The notes below the pieces were generated by a model. That model ran no database searches. It was given only the letters and a program-made list of their open reading frames with translations, and had not been told where the DNA came from. From an uncultured Holophaga sp. (lineage in GTDB: Bacteria; Acidobacteriota; Holophagae; Holophagales; Holophagaceae): DNA of 64,000 nucleotides. The stretch is taken from contig OY761614.1 in NCBI GenBank assembly GCA_963664825.1, forward strand, positions 1 through 64,000, in the 5' to 3' direction. A program made the position numbers and the translations under genes. Shown piece by piece: positions 10,353 through 20,549 of this stretch (within the stretch, counting starts at the first letter, position 1; each line of letters begins with the position of its first letter).

Positions 10353-10774
10353 TGAGCTTCAACCAGATCAATGACATCGCCGCCTCGGGCATGGCCGCCC
10401 AGCGCCTCCGGGTGCAGCTCATCGCGGCCAATATCGCCAATGTGGAGACCACTCGCACCGCCGAGGGCGGTCCCTTCAAGAAGAAGGACGCCATCTTCCG
10501 GGTGCTGGACCTGGGCAAGAACGCCAACGGCCAGGCCTTCACGGGTGTGCAGGTCGCGGAGATCGCCCCTTCAAAAGAGCCCTTCATCTCCAAATACGAC
10601 CCCACCCATCCCGATGCCAACGCCGATGGCGTGGTCCTCTACCCCAACGTGAATCCCGTCGACGAGATGGTGAACCTCACGGAAGCCAGCCGGGCCTTCG
10701 AAGCCAACACCGCGGTCATGCGTGCCGTGAGAAGCATGGCCCTTTCGGCACAGGAACTGCTTCGCGTCCAATAG
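10352..10774 (+). CDS. flgC: Flagellar basal-body rod protein FlgC
   Basis: AANIANVETTRT, YDPTHPDA, PNVNPVDEM. Confidence 0.97.
   Translation: MSFNQINDIAASGMAAQRLRVQLIAANIANVETTRTAEGGPFKKKDAIFRVLDLGKNANGQAFTGVQVAEIAPSKEPFISKYDPTHPDANADGVVLYPNVNPVDEMVNLTEASRAFEANTAVMRAVRSMALSAQELLRVQ
10746..10761 (+). promoter_or_regulatory. Putative sigma54 promoter upstream of fliE
   Basis: CGGCACAGGAACTGCT, GG-N10-GC, inside the 3' end of flgC. Confidence 0.4.
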
Positions 10775-10840
10775 GCCAGTGACATAATTTTGACTGGCAT
10801 CCCCCTTCCCTAGACTTCATCCTGAATCCTTGAAGGCACC

Positions 10841-11158
10841 ATGGATCCTCTCCTCAATCTCAGCCAGCTTCCCTCGGTCCAGTCTCTGGGCGAGGCTGGA
10901 AAGGTTGTGGGCAAAGGGCCTGAGCTCACAGCCGAGGGCGCCAATTTCGGCGATCTCCTCAAGCAGGCCATGCAGGAAGTGGACGTCGCCCAGAACACCG
11001 CTCAACAAGAGGCACGGAACTTGATGACCGGCGAAGCGACTGACATGCATTCGGCGATTCTGGCGGTCCAGAAGGCCGATGTCAGTTTCCAGATGATGAT
11101 GGCCGTACGATCGAAGCTGATCGATGCCTACCGGGAAGTCATGCGCATGCAGATGTAG
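10841..11158 (+). CDS. fliE: Flagellar hook-basal body protein FliE
   Basis: C-terminal VRSKLIDAYREVMRMQM. Confidence 0.95.
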   Translation: MDPLLNLSQLPSVQSLGEAGKVVGKGPELTAEGANFGDLLKQAMQEVDVAQNTAQQEARNLMTGEATDMHSAILAVQKADVSFQMMMAVRSKLIDAYREVMRMQM

Positions 11159-11198
11159 CGCGTTCCAACCCTGAGGTCCCGGTCATCGAAAGGACCCC

Positions 11199-12875
11199 AT
11201 GGCCGGCGAGAACGATCTCACTTCCCAGTTTCAGCGAGCCTTCCTAGGCATGACCACCACCCAAAAGGCGATGGTGGCCGCGATCATGGTGACGGTGCTC
11301 CTGGCGCTGGCAGGCCTGGGCGTCTGGTTCAGCCAAGACAGCATGGGCACGCTCTTCAGCAATCTGCCTCCCACCGACGCCAACCGCATCGTGGAAGAAC
11401 TGAAGAAGCAGAACATCAAGTACGACCTGAGCCAGGACCAGCGCACCATCCAGGTGCCCCAGAGCCGAGTGGGCGAACTGCGCTTGAAGTTCGCGGGGGA
11501 TGGGTTGCCCAAGGGCGAAGGCATCGGCTTCGAGAAGCTGGAATCCCCCGGCCTCACCACCACCGACTTCACCCAGAAGGTCATGTACCGGCGGGCCATG
11601 GAGTCCGAGCTCTCCCGCACCCTCAAGGAGGGACTGAGCGCCGTGATCAGCGGAGCCACGGTCCATATCACCGCCGCCAACGACAGCCCCTTCGTCACCG
11701 AGAAGGAGGACGCCAAGGCCTCTGTCCTCCTACATCTCAAGGGCACCCGGGTGCTGCCCGAGGAGAACACCCAGGCCATCGTGAACCTCCTGGCGGCCTC
11801 GGTGGAGGGTCTCAAGCCCGAGAATGTCGTCGTCATCGACCAGAACAGCCGCATCCTCAGCCGCACAGGGAAGGACCCCATGGTGGGCGCCACCGACGCC
11901 CAGAAGAAGGCCCAGCGCGAGGTGGAGGAATACCTCGTCCAGAAGGTCAATGAACTCCTGGAACCCGTGGTCGGCCTCGGCAAGGTGCGCGCTACCGCCA
12001 ATGTTGAACTGGACTTCGACAAGATCAAGATCAATGAGGAGAAGTTCGATCCCCAGGGCCAAGTGGAGCGCTCCGTCCAGACCAAGGACGAAAAGGTCAC
12101 CAAGCGGGATGTGGGATCCGGCGTCCCCGGCACCCCCTCCAACGTGGCTCCGGCTACGGGCGGCGGCATGGGGGCGGGCGTCATCGAGAATAGCGAGAAG
12201 AAGGACGTCACCACGAACTTCGAGATCAGCAAGAGTGTCCAAAGCACCGAGAAGGCCCCGGGCAGCATCAAGCGGCTCTCCCTGGCGGTCATCCTCGATC
12301 ACGCCACCCTCTGGGAGAAGGATGCCAAGGGCGAACCCGTGGAGAAGCTCCTGCCCAGGTCCGCCGAGGAACTCAAGAAGATCCGGGACCAGGTGGCCGC
12401 CGGCGTCGGCATCCAGATCAAGCGTGGCGATGAACTGACGGTGGAAAATATCCCCTTCGCCCCCACGGCCAACCCCAAGGAGGACGCCGAGGCCAAGAAA
12501 CAGTGGTGGATCGATCAGGCGAAGGCCCTTGTGCCCTACCTCGTGCCAACCATCCTTGGATTGGCCGTCTTCTTCCTGCTGGTGCTGCCCGTGCTCAAGA
12601 AACTTTCCTCCGCCCTCAACCGCCCCGCCCCCCTCCGCGTCCACGGCGAAGTCGCCGAAGGCGCCCCAGCCGCCATTCGCAGGGTCACGCCCGTGAAGAG
12701 CATGGCGGAAATGGAGGCCGAGATCGAAGCCGACCTCAATGCCGAAGGGGCCGCAGGAGCCCCGGAGGCCCAGCGCCGCCAGGTCATCAAGAAACGCATC
12801 CAGGATGCCGCCACGGGCGACCCGGAAACCATCGCATCCCTAGTCCGTTCCTGGATGCTAGAGGACGGGAAATAG
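11199..12875 (+). CDS. fliF: Flagellar MS-ring protein FliF
   Basis: Two TM helices, GIGFE..T.F, G.PG..SN, GSIKRLSLAV. Confidence 0.96.
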   Translation: MAGENDLTSQFQRAFLGMTTTQKAMVAAIMVTVLLALAGLGVWFSQDSMGTLFSNLPPTDANRIVEELKKQNIKYDLSQDQRTIQVPQSRVGELRLKFAGDGLPKGEGIGFEKLESPGLTTTDFTQKVMYRRAMESELSRTLKEGLSAVISGATVHITAANDSPFVTEKEDAKASVLLHLKGTRVLPEENTQAIVNLLAASVEGLKPENVVVIDQNSRILSRTGKDPMVGATDAQKKAQREVEEYLVQKVNELLEPVVGLGKVRATANVELDFDKIKINEEKFDPQGQVERSVQTKDEKVTKRDVGSGVPGTPSNVAPATGGGMGAGVIENSEKKDVTTNFEISKSVQSTEKAPGSIKRLSLAVILDHATLWEKDAKGEPVEKLLPRSAEELKKIRDQVAAGVGIQIKRGDELTVENIPFAPTANPKEDAEAKKQWWIDQAKALVPYLVPTILGLAVFFLLVLPVLKKLSSALNRPAPLRVHGEVAEGAPAAIRRVTPVKSMAEMEAEIEADLNAEGAAGAPEAQRRQVIKKRIQDAATGDPETIASLVRSWMLEDGK

Positions 12876-12879
12876 ACCT

Positions 12880-13884
12880 ATGGCCAAGCTGACCGGAACG
12901 CAAAAGGCCGCAGTGCTCATGGTCGCCCTCGGCGACGATGTGGCGGCAAGCATCTTCAAATACCTGGAAGAGGATGAAATCCAGTCCGTCTCCAAGGAGA
13001 TCGCCCTCACCCATCATGTGCAGCCGGAGACCATGGACGAGGTGCTGGAGGAATTCCACACCATGTCCCTGGCCAAGTCCTACATCGCCCAGGGCGGTAT
13101 CGAATACGCAAAAAAGCTGCTCATCAAGTCCGTGGGCCCCGAGGCGGCCCGCAAGATCATCGACCGCCTCACCAAGGCCCTGGAATCCTCCGCGGGCTTC
13201 TCCAGCCTGGAGCGGGCCAACCCCCAGCAGCTCTCCAAGTTCATCCAGAACGAACACCCCCAGACCATCGCCCTGATCCTGGCCCACCTGAACGCCACCC
13301 AGGCCGGCGAGCTCATCGGCAGCCTACCCGAGGCGCTCCGGGCCGATGTGGCCATGCGCATGGCCAACCTCCAGGAGATCAGCCCCGAAGTGGTCCGGCG
13401 CATCAGCCTCATCCTGGAACAGAAACTGGAATCCCTGGGTTCCTACGCCACGGAAGCCTATGGCGGCGTGCGGGCGGTGGCCGAGCTCTTCAACCGCATG
13501 GACCGCTCCACGGGTCGGGTGGTGCTGGAGAAGATCGAGAACGAGAACCCCCAGCTGGCTGCCAGCATCCGCGATCTCATGTTCGTCTTCGACGACATCC
13601 TGCTCATCGACGATATCGGCATCTCGGAAATCCTCAAACGCGCCGACAAGAAGACCCTCACCGTCGCCCTCAAAGGCACCAGCGAGGAGCTCCGCAACCA
13701 GTTCTTCCGGAACATGTCCACCCGCGCCGTGGAGATGATGAAGGAAGAGATGGAGTTCATGGGCCCCACCAAGATCAAGGACGTGGAAAAATCCCAGCAC
13801 GAGGTCGTCGAGATCGTTCGCCAGCTCGAAGAAGAAGGCGTCATCAGCATCGGCGGCGGCGGAGGCGAGGACTATGTCTCATGA
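12880..13884 (+). CDS. fliG: Flagellar motor switch protein FliG
   Basis: EHPQTIA, MFVFDD, FFRNMSTRA. Confidence 0.97.
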   Translation: MAKLTGTQKAAVLMVALGDDVAASIFKYLEEDEIQSVSKEIALTHHVQPETMDEVLEEFHTMSLAKSYIAQGGIEYAKKLLIKSVGPEAARKIIDRLTKALESSAGFSSLERANPQQLSKFIQNEHPQTIALILAHLNATQAGELIGSLPEALRADVAMRMANLQEISPEVVRRISLILEQKLESLGSYATEAYGGVRAVAELFNRMDRSTGRVVLEKIENENPQLAASIRDLMFVFDDILLIDDIGISEILKRADKKTLTVALKGTSEELRNQFFRNMSTRAVEMMKEEMEFMGPTKIKDVEKSQHEVVEIVRQLEEEGVISIGGGGGEDYVS

Positions 13885-14626
13885 TTCGGATCGCGTCATC
13901 CCCGCCCGTCTCGCAGAGAGTCGGCAGATCGAGGCCTTCCCCTACTTCGCGGCCACCTTTACCATCCCCCTTTCCGAGGAGAGTGAGGAGGGGGACGAGA
14001 AGCCCCTGGCCTCGGACCTGAGCAGCCCCGAGGAGGATGTGCAGCGCCTGGCTTCCGTGGACCAGGTCATCCACGAGAAGCTCCAGATGGCCGAGCAACA
14101 GGCCCAGGAGATCGCCCGGCGGGCCTACGAGGAGGGCTTCGCCTCCGGCGAAGTGGAGGGCCGGTCCTTCGGCGAAAGCCAGTTCAAGATCTATGCCCAG
14201 CGCCTGGATAGCCATCTCGCGGAGCTTTCCCAGATGGGCTCCCTACTGGGCCAGGCCGCCAAGGACGAGGTGCTCGCCCTCGCCCTCACCATCGGCGAAT
14301 ACCTGGCCGGCCAGCAGATCGAACAATCCCAGGAAGGCATCCGCCCCCTGCTGGATTCCGTGCTGGAAAGCCACCCCTTCCCCACCCCGGAAACCGGGGA
14401 AAAGGGTACCGCCGCCCTGGAGGTCTTCCTCAATCCCCGGGATCTCGAGCAACTCGGGGATCACTACCTTGGGCATCCGGGGATCCGCCTGGTGGAAGAT
14501 GCCGAACTGAGCCGGGGCAGCCTGCGGGTGGCTTCGCCAGAAGGCGTGCTGGAAGCCACGCTGGAGCGCCGCCGGGAGCGCCTCATGGAAGTGCTGCACC
14601 GTTTCCGGGAAGAGGAGACCTCGTGA
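13874..14626 (+). CDS. fliH: Flagellar assembly protein FliH
   Basis: AYEEGFASGEVEG repeats, LNPRDL, position between fliG and fliI. Confidence 0.85.
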   Translation: MSHDSDRVIPARLAESRQIEAFPYFAATFTIPLSEESEEGDEKPLASDLSSPEEDVQRLASVDQVIHEKLQMAEQQAQEIARRAYEEGFASGEVEGRSFGESQFKIYAQRLDSHLAELSQMGSLLGQAAKDEVLALALTIGEYLAGQQIEQSQEGIRPLLDSVLESHPFPTPETGEKGTAALEVFLNPRDLEQLGDHYLGHPGIRLVEDAELSRGSLRVASPEGVLEATLERRRERLMEVLHRFREEETS

Positions 14627-15963
14627 TGGATCTGACGGCCCTCGGCCAGCAGGTCCGCAAGCTGCCTCCCGGCGATATCATGGGCCGGGTTTCCAAGGTC
14701 GTGGGCCTCATCGTGGAATCCCGCGGCCCCGAGGGTAGCGTGGGCGAGCAGATGCTCATCCATCTGGGCAATGGTCGCCGCATCACCGCGGAGGTCGTAG
14801 GCTTCAACGGAAGCCAGGTGCTCCTGATGCCGGTGGAGAATATCGAAGGCATCCGGCCGGGCCTCCTGGTGGAGGCCACGGGCCACCAGCCCGAGATCCC
14901 GGTCTCCGAGGCCCTCCTGGGCCGGGTCATCGATCCCCTGGGCAGGCCCCTGGATGGGGGCCCTGAAATCGAGGCCGAGGCCCATCTGCCCATCCATTCC
15001 CAGCCGCCCAACCCCATGCAGCGGCGGCGCATCTCGGAAGTGCTGGCTACCGGCGTGCGCTCCATCGACGGCCTGCTCACCCTCGGCAAGGGCCAGCGCA
15101 TCGGCATCTTCGCTGGATCCGGCGTGGGGAAGTCCACCCTCATGGGTATGGTGGCGCGCAATACTTCGGCCCAGGTCAATGTCATCGCCCTGGTGGGTGA
15201 GCGTGGCCGCGAACTGCGGGAATTCATCGAGAACGATCTGGGCGAGGAGGGGCTCAAGCGCAGCGTGGTGGTGGTGGCCACCTCCGACCAGACGCCCCTG
15301 CTGCGCATCCGCTGCGCCCTGGCGGGCACGGCGGTGGCGGAGTACTTCATGCGCCGGGGCCAGGATGTCCTGATGATGATGGACAGCGTCACGCGCTTCG
15401 CCATGGCCCAGCGGGAGGTGGGCCTCTCCGCGGGGGAACCCCCCAGCTCCCGAGGCTACACACCCTCGGTCTTCGCCCTGCTGCCGCGCCTCATGGAGCG
15501 GGCGGGCACCTTCGAGGGCATGGGTTCCATCACGGGTCTGTATACGGTCCTGGTAGAGGGCGACGACATGAACGAACCCATCAGCGATGCCGTGCGCGGC
15601 ATCCTGGACGGCCACGTGGTGCTCTCCCGGAGGCTGGCCACCAAGAACCACTTCCCCTCCATCGATGTGCTGGCCAGCATCTCCCGCCTCTTCTCGACCC
15701 TGGCGATCCCCGAGCAGAAGCAGCTCGTCACCAAGATCCGGGATCTGATGGCCACCTACAACGACGCCGAAGACCTCATCCAGATCGGCGCCTACGTGCG
15801 GGGTTCCAGCCCCAATATCGACCAGGCCATCCACTTCCAGCCCGCCATCCAGGCCTTCCTGCGCCAGGCCGTGGCCGAGGAATCCAATCACCGGCAGACC
15901 CTGCTGGCCATGGGCCAGATCTTCGGCGTGGATCTGGCGCCCTTCCTGAAGGCCGAGGGCTGA
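14623..15963 (+). CDS. fliI: Flagellar export ATPase FliI
   Basis: GSGVGKS P-loop, DSVTRFA, ILDGHVVLSR. Confidence 0.97.
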   Translation: MMDLTALGQQVRKLPPGDIMGRVSKVVGLIVESRGPEGSVGEQMLIHLGNGRRITAEVVGFNGSQVLLMPVENIEGIRPGLLVEATGHQPEIPVSEALLGRVIDPLGRPLDGGPEIEAEAHLPIHSQPPNPMQRRRISEVLATGVRSIDGLLTLGKGQRIGIFAGSGVGKSTLMGMVARNTSAQVNVIALVGERGRELREFIENDLGEEGLKRSVVVVATSDQTPLLRIRCALAGTAVAEYFMRRGQDVLMMMDSVTRFAMAQREVGLSAGEPPSSRGYTPSVFALLPRLMERAGTFEGMGSITGLYTVLVEGDDMNEPISDAVRGILDGHVVLSRRLATKNHFPSIDVLASISRLFSTLAIPEQKQLVTKIRDLMATYNDAEDLIQIGAYVRGSSPNIDQAIHFQPAIQAFLRQAVAEESNHRQTLLAMGQIFGVDLAPFLKAEG

Positions 15964-15964
15964 G

Positions 15965-16450
15965 ATGGCCAAGCGCTTTCACTTCCGCCTGGAGCCCCTC
16001 CTGAAACTGAGGAAGAACCTCGAACAGGCGGCCCAGCGCCAGCTCGCCAAGGCCGTGGAGGCAAGGAACGAGGCCGAGGCCCACCTCCAGGCCCTGGAGG
16101 AACAGCATCGCCAGGGCATCGCCAGCCGCCCCAACGCCCCCGGCCAGGAGATCGATCTGGCCTTCTGGGCCGATCTGGAGCGATTCCTGGTGGTCCTGGA
16201 AAAGCGTATGGTTCAGGCCCGCGCCTCCCTGGAGGAGGCCGAAGGGCGGGTCGTGGAGGCGCGCAAGGCCCTCACTCGCGCCCACCAAGACCACCTGATG
16301 CTGCTCCGGCTCAAGGAGCGGCGCCAGGAGATCTATACCCACGAAAGCATGCAGGAGGAGATTCGCGACGCCGATGAGATCGCGGTCCTCCGCTACCGTT
16401 TCACCGGGGCCAGACCCGCTCGGTCCGCGTCCCCAGGAGGTGCCTCATGA
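15965..16450 (+). CDS. fliJ: Flagellar export protein FliJ
   Basis: FHFRLEPLLKLR N-terminus, coiled coil, follows fliI. Confidence 0.9.
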   Translation: MAKRFHFRLEPLLKLRKNLEQAAQRQLAKAVEARNEAEAHLQALEEQHRQGIASRPNAPGQEIDLAFWADLERFLVVLEKRMVQARASLEEAEGRVVEARKALTRAHQDHLMLLRLKERRQEIYTHESMQEEIRDADEIAVLRYRFTGARPARSASPGGAS

Positions 16451-16968
16451 ATTCCCGCACGTGGCTCTGGATCCTCGCTCCCCTCGCCCTTTCCGCCGGT
16501 GTGCTCTGGCTTTCCGCCCAGGAGCCCAAGGGCCCCCAGGGCCTCAAACTCAGCGAACTCTCCGAGAAGCTCCAGAACCGAGAGAAGGCGACCGTCCAGA
16601 AGGAACGGGATCTGCAGCAGCTCGAGCAGCGGCTGGCCACCCTCCAGGGCGCCATGGACAAGGACCGCACGGATCTCCAGACCCGGGAGAAGACCCTCCA
16701 AGAGGCCATCGCCAAGTTCGAGGCCGAGCGCACCCGGCCCACCCTGGACCCCCAGCTCACCCGCACCTATGAGGCCATGGACCCCGTGCCCGGGGCCCGC
16801 GCCCTCAAGGAGATCGCCCAGCGCAACCAGGATGTGGCCGTGAGCCTGCTGGCCTCCATGCAGCCCAAGAAGGCCGCCAAGCTCCTGGACCAGCTCGCCA
16901 CCCTCGACGCCCCCCTGACGGGCAAGCTCTCGGAACGGGTGGGGCTGACCAAGCCGAAGGCCATATAG
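16447..16968 (+). CDS. MotE/MgtE-N-like flagellar protein
   Basis: N-terminal TM, coiled coil, YEAMDP..A and MQPKKAAKLL; typical position after fliJ. Confidence 0.7.
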   Translation: MNSRTWLWILAPLALSAGVLWLSAQEPKGPQGLKLSELSEKLQNREKATVQKERDLQQLEQRLATLQGAMDKDRTDLQTREKTLQEAIAKFEAERTRPTLDPQLTRTYEAMDPVPGARALKEIAQRNQDVAVSLLASMQPKKAAKLLDQLATLDAPLTGKLSERVGLTKPKAI

Positions 16969-16989
16969 GCTAATTTAGCCCAGTTCCTT

Positions 16990-17005
16990 CGGCACGACCT
17001 TGGCC
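16990..17005 (+). promoter_or_regulatory. Putative sigma54 promoter of fliK-flgD-flgE
   Basis: CGGCACGACCTTGGCC, GG-N10-GC, intergenic. Confidence 0.6.
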
Positions 17006-17047
17006 AGAGGGAAGCACCCCCGATGCTGTCGGGTGGGGAGGCTTCTC

Positions 17048-18514
17048 ATGCTGCAAGCCCTCAACCTGGACTCCGCATCCAGCCCAGCGATGAACCGGAA
17101 GCGGGAGTCTGATACCGATCTTCAGGGTTCGGCCTTTGCCAGTTATCTGGCCAGTGCCGCACAATTCACGAAACTGGCTACATCCACAACGGCTACATCA
17201 AGCCTTCTGCGCCGAGAGACCGAGACCCGCCCTCGTGCGTCCAGCGCCAAGCCACAGGCCACCCCCGAAACGGGAACCACTGCGAGTGATCGGGTCGCCG
17301 AGGCACCTCCCAAGGCCCAGGAAGGGCCCCAGAGCCAGGAGCCAACCCAGAAGGCGGAAGATCCCCAGAAGCCAGACAAGTCCGAAGAGCCGCAGCGGGC
17401 CCCCGAAGGGGCCGAGGATGCGCCCCAGGCCCAGGAGCCTAAGGGTTCCTCCCCCAAAACCGAAGCCGCACCCTCGCCAGCCCAAAGCCCTGCTCCAACC
17501 CCCACGGCCCCCCTTCCAGCGACCACCCTCCCGGCGGCAATCTTCGCCTCTGCCGTCCCCGCCCCTCCTGCCACACCCACGCCATCGGAAGCCAGCCCAG
17601 TCCAGGCCACCGGGAGGCAAACCTCGGGCCTGGACGCGCAAAATTCCATGTTGGTTTCCCAAAGCGCGGCCGATGCGACCCCGCTCGCCTCATCCAAGGC
17701 CCAGACTGCCCAAGAACAGGCCCCCCTGCACTTCCGGATCCAGGAAGAGACTCCCGGGACCACAACCTCCAAGCCCGCCCTGACCGAACTGCTCTCTCTC
17801 CCGAGGCCGGAGATGGAGATCCCGGAGCCGCTGATGAATGCCAGTCGGGCCCAGGAAGCAGCCGGGAAAGACCTGCCGACCCCCCCCGCCAAGGCCGCGG
17901 AGGCTCCCGTCCTGCAGCTTCCAACACTCGTGACGACAGCCGCTCTCAATGCCGAAGCCGTCTTGGCCGTCTCCCCCAAGACCGAGACCCCTGCGACCAA
18001 GCCCTCCACCCCTTCCAACGTGTCCATCGCGACGGGAGGCCCCGCGGCTTCGGTGAAGGGCACCACGCCCGTCCCGGCGCTGGAAGGAGCCCAAAGCCCC
18101 AAGGCCAACGCGACCTTCGAGCAGGTGGACGGCAGCATCCGTTGGCTCATCCAGAATCACGAGAAGGGCGCCGAGATCCAACTGAATCCCGAGTCCCTGG
18201 GTCGGGTGGTCATCAAGCTCCGCATGGAGGGGGGGGAAGTGCATGCCAAGCTCTGGGCCTCGGAAGCTTCCACCGTGCCGATCCTCCAGGACCAGAAGGC
18301 CGCCCTGGAGGCCTCCCTGCGCCAGCAGGGATTGACCCTCGGGAGCTTCGATCTCCAGCAGGGCCGAAGGGGCGATGACGCCCAATCCTCCTCCCATACC
18401 CAGGCCCTCGGATCTGGCGCGGGAATCGCAGGGTCCCAGGAGAAGAAGCAGGATCTACCCACCGTGGCCCCGGCCCTCCTCGGCGGCGCCCATCTCATCG
18501 AACTCTTCGCCTGA
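17048..18514 (+). CDS. fliK: Flagellar hook-length control protein FliK
   Basis: Pro/Ala/Thr-rich body with C-terminal IQLNPESLGRVVI; GGAGG RBS before ATG 17048. Confidence 0.92.
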   Translation: MLQALNLDSASSPAMNRKRESDTDLQGSAFASYLASAAQFTKLATSTTATSSLLRRETETRPRASSAKPQATPETGTTASDRVAEAPPKAQEGPQSQEPTQKAEDPQKPDKSEEPQRAPEGAEDAPQAQEPKGSSPKTEAAPSPAQSPAPTPTAPLPATTLPAAIFASAVPAPPATPTPSEASPVQATGRQTSGLDAQNSMLVSQSAADATPLASSKAQTAQEQAPLHFRIQEETPGTTTSKPALTELLSLPRPEMEIPEPLMNASRAQEAAGKDLPTPPAKAAEAPVLQLPTLVTTAALNAEAVLAVSPKTETPATKPSTPSNVSIATGGPAASVKGTTPVPALEGAQSPKANATFEQVDGSIRWLIQNHEKGAEIQLNPESLGRVVIKLRMEGGEVHAKLWASEASTVPILQDQKAALEASLRQQGLTLGSFDLQQGRRGDDAQSSSHTQALGSGAGIAGSQEKKQDLPTVAPALLGGAHLIELFA

Positions 18515-18549
18515 ACCCCTCCTCCCAAGAAACATGTCCGGAGACGACC

Positions 18550-19215
18550 ATGGACACCTCGCTCGTCAGCTCCACCTCATCGACCTCTTCCAGTTCCACG
18601 ACCTCCACCACCAAGAAGGCATCCAATGAGCTGGACAAGAACGCCTTCCTGAAACTGCTGGTGACCCAGCTTCAAAACCAGGACCCGACGGCCCCCCAGG
18701 ACACCAACCAGATGGTCCAGCAAATGACCGGCTACTCGAGCCTGGAGCAGTTGCAGAACATGAATACCGCCCTGGGCTCCATCCAGACCCAGAACACAGG
18801 GCTCTTCCAGGCCCAGAGCGCCAACCTCATCGGCAAGAAGGTGCGGGTCTCCTCCACGGATTTCAATCTCAAGGATGGGGCGGCCAGCATGACCGTGAAC
18901 CTCGCCTCCCCGGCAACGGTCTCGATCACGATCAAGGATTCGGCGGGCAAAGTGATGACCACCCTCGACGAGGGCAGCCTCAAGGCCGGCGACCACACCC
19001 TGAGTTGGGATGGCCGGGATGCCCAAGGCAACAAGCTGGCCGACGGAAGCTATTCCGTCGAGATCAGCGCCAAGGACGCATCCGGTACCGCCGTGACCGC
19101 CACGCCCTCCTCCTACGTGACCGTCACAGGCGTGGTCTTCTCCAATGGCACAGTCCTCATCCAGGCGGGGGGAAAGACTTACTCCCTCAGCGATGTCAGC
19201 GAAGTCTCGGCCTGA
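18550..19215 (+). CDS. flgD: Flagellar hook capping protein FlgD
   Basis: FLKLLVTQLQNQDP, WDGRDAQG. Confidence 0.96.
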   Translation: MDTSLVSSTSSTSSSSTTSTTKKASNELDKNAFLKLLVTQLQNQDPTAPQDTNQMVQQMTGYSSLEQLQNMNTALGSIQTQNTGLFQAQSANLIGKKVRVSSTDFNLKDGAASMTVNLASPATVSITIKDSAGKVMTTLDEGSLKAGDHTLSWDGRDAQGNKLADGSYSVEISAKDASGTAVTATPSSYVTVTGVVFSNGTVLIQAGGKTYSLSDVSEVSA

Positions 19216-19244
19216 TTCGTCGTTAAAAGAACCCAGGAGCATAT

Positions 19245-20492
19245 ATGAGCCTATACGGCGCCTTCTACTCGAGCCTCTCCGGCCTCTCCGCCAACGCGTC
19301 CTCCCTGAGCGTGATCGGCAATAACCTCGCGAACCTCAACACCATCGGGTTCAAGGGTTCCACAACCACCTTCCAGGATCTCTTCAACGCCCAGATGGGG
19401 GCCATGGGCACCCAGGGCAACGGGAACCCGCTCCAGATCGGCCTGGGCACGGGTCTGGGATCCGTCAGCCAGAATTTCGGCCAGGGTTCCTACCAATCCA
19501 CCAGCAATGCCACCGACATGGCCATCTCCGGCTCGGGATTTTTCGCCATCACCACCAAGTCGGGCGCCCGCGCCTACTCCCGCGCGGGTAATTTCACCGT
19601 GGACAAGAGCGGCATGCTGGTGGACCCCAATGGTGCCAGTGTCCTGGGCTGGAACACCCAGGGCGGCACGCTCTCCACCAACGGCAACGCGGTCCCCATC
19701 CATATCAACCAGGGCACCACCAGCCCGCCCCACGCCACCACCAGCCTCAGCAGCACCACCAACCTCAATGCCGATGCCGCCACAGGAGCTGTCTATACGA
19801 CGCCTCTGGAGGTCTACGACAGCCTGGGTGCCTCCCATAGCCTGCTATTCAGCTACACCAAGACCGCCACCGCAGGCCAATGGAATCTCGCCGTCACCAC
19901 CGACGATAGCACCGCGACGGTATCGGGTTTCCCAGCCACCGTGCAGTTCGACGGCAGCGGCAAACTGACCAGTCCCGTGGCGGACCAAGCTCTCACCATC
20001 ACGGGATGGAGCAACGGTGCCGCCGCTCAACCCATCAACTGGGATCTCTGGAGCGGAACCCCCGCGACATCCACCCTCACGGGCTTCGCCTCGGCCTCCA
20101 CCACCGGCAGCACCACCCAGGACGGCTATGGCGCCGGCAGCATCTCGAACCTCGTGGTGGATTCGGATGGCGTCATCACCGGCAGCTTCACCAACGGCCA
20201 GACCGTCCCCCTGGCTCAAGTGGCCCTGGCCACCTTCTCCAACTTGAACGGCCTCTCCAAGCAGGGCGACAACACCTGGCAGGAGACCCTCGCCAGCGGC
20301 GCGGGCAACATTGGGACCGCCAGCGCGGGCGGCCGCGGCAGCATCCTGGGGGCCAACCTCGAACTCTCCAATGTGGACGTGGCCGAGGAGTTCACCAAGC
20401 TGATCGTCGCCCAGCGAGGCTACCAGGCCAATAGCAAGGTCGTGACCACCTCCGATGAGATGCTCCAGGTCACCTTGAACCTGAAGAGCTGA
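19245..20492 (+). CDS. flgE: Flagellar hook protein FlgE
   Basis: GNNLANLNTIGFK, YSRAGNF, LELSNVDVAEEF. Confidence 0.96.
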   Translation: MSLYGAFYSSLSGLSANASSLSVIGNNLANLNTIGFKGSTTTFQDLFNAQMGAMGTQGNGNPLQIGLGTGLGSVSQNFGQGSYQSTSNATDMAISGSGFFAITTKSGARAYSRAGNFTVDKSGMLVDPNGASVLGWNTQGGTLSTNGNAVPIHINQGTTSPPHATTSLSSTTNLNADAATGAVYTTPLEVYDSLGASHSLLFSYTKTATAGQWNLAVTTDDSTATVSGFPATVQFDGSGKLTSPVADQALTITGWSNGAAAQPINWDLWSGTPATSTLTGFASASTTGSTTQDGYGAGSISNLVVDSDGVITGSFTNGQTVPLAQVALATFSNLNGLSKQGDNTWQETLASGAGNIGTASAGGRGSILGANLELSNVDVAEEFTKLIVAQRGYQANSKVVTTSDEMLQVTLNLKS

Positions 20493-20549
20493 GTCCAATC
20501 CAGTGACGGCAGGGGGTTCCCGGTGTAAATTGAATGCACCAGGAACCCC

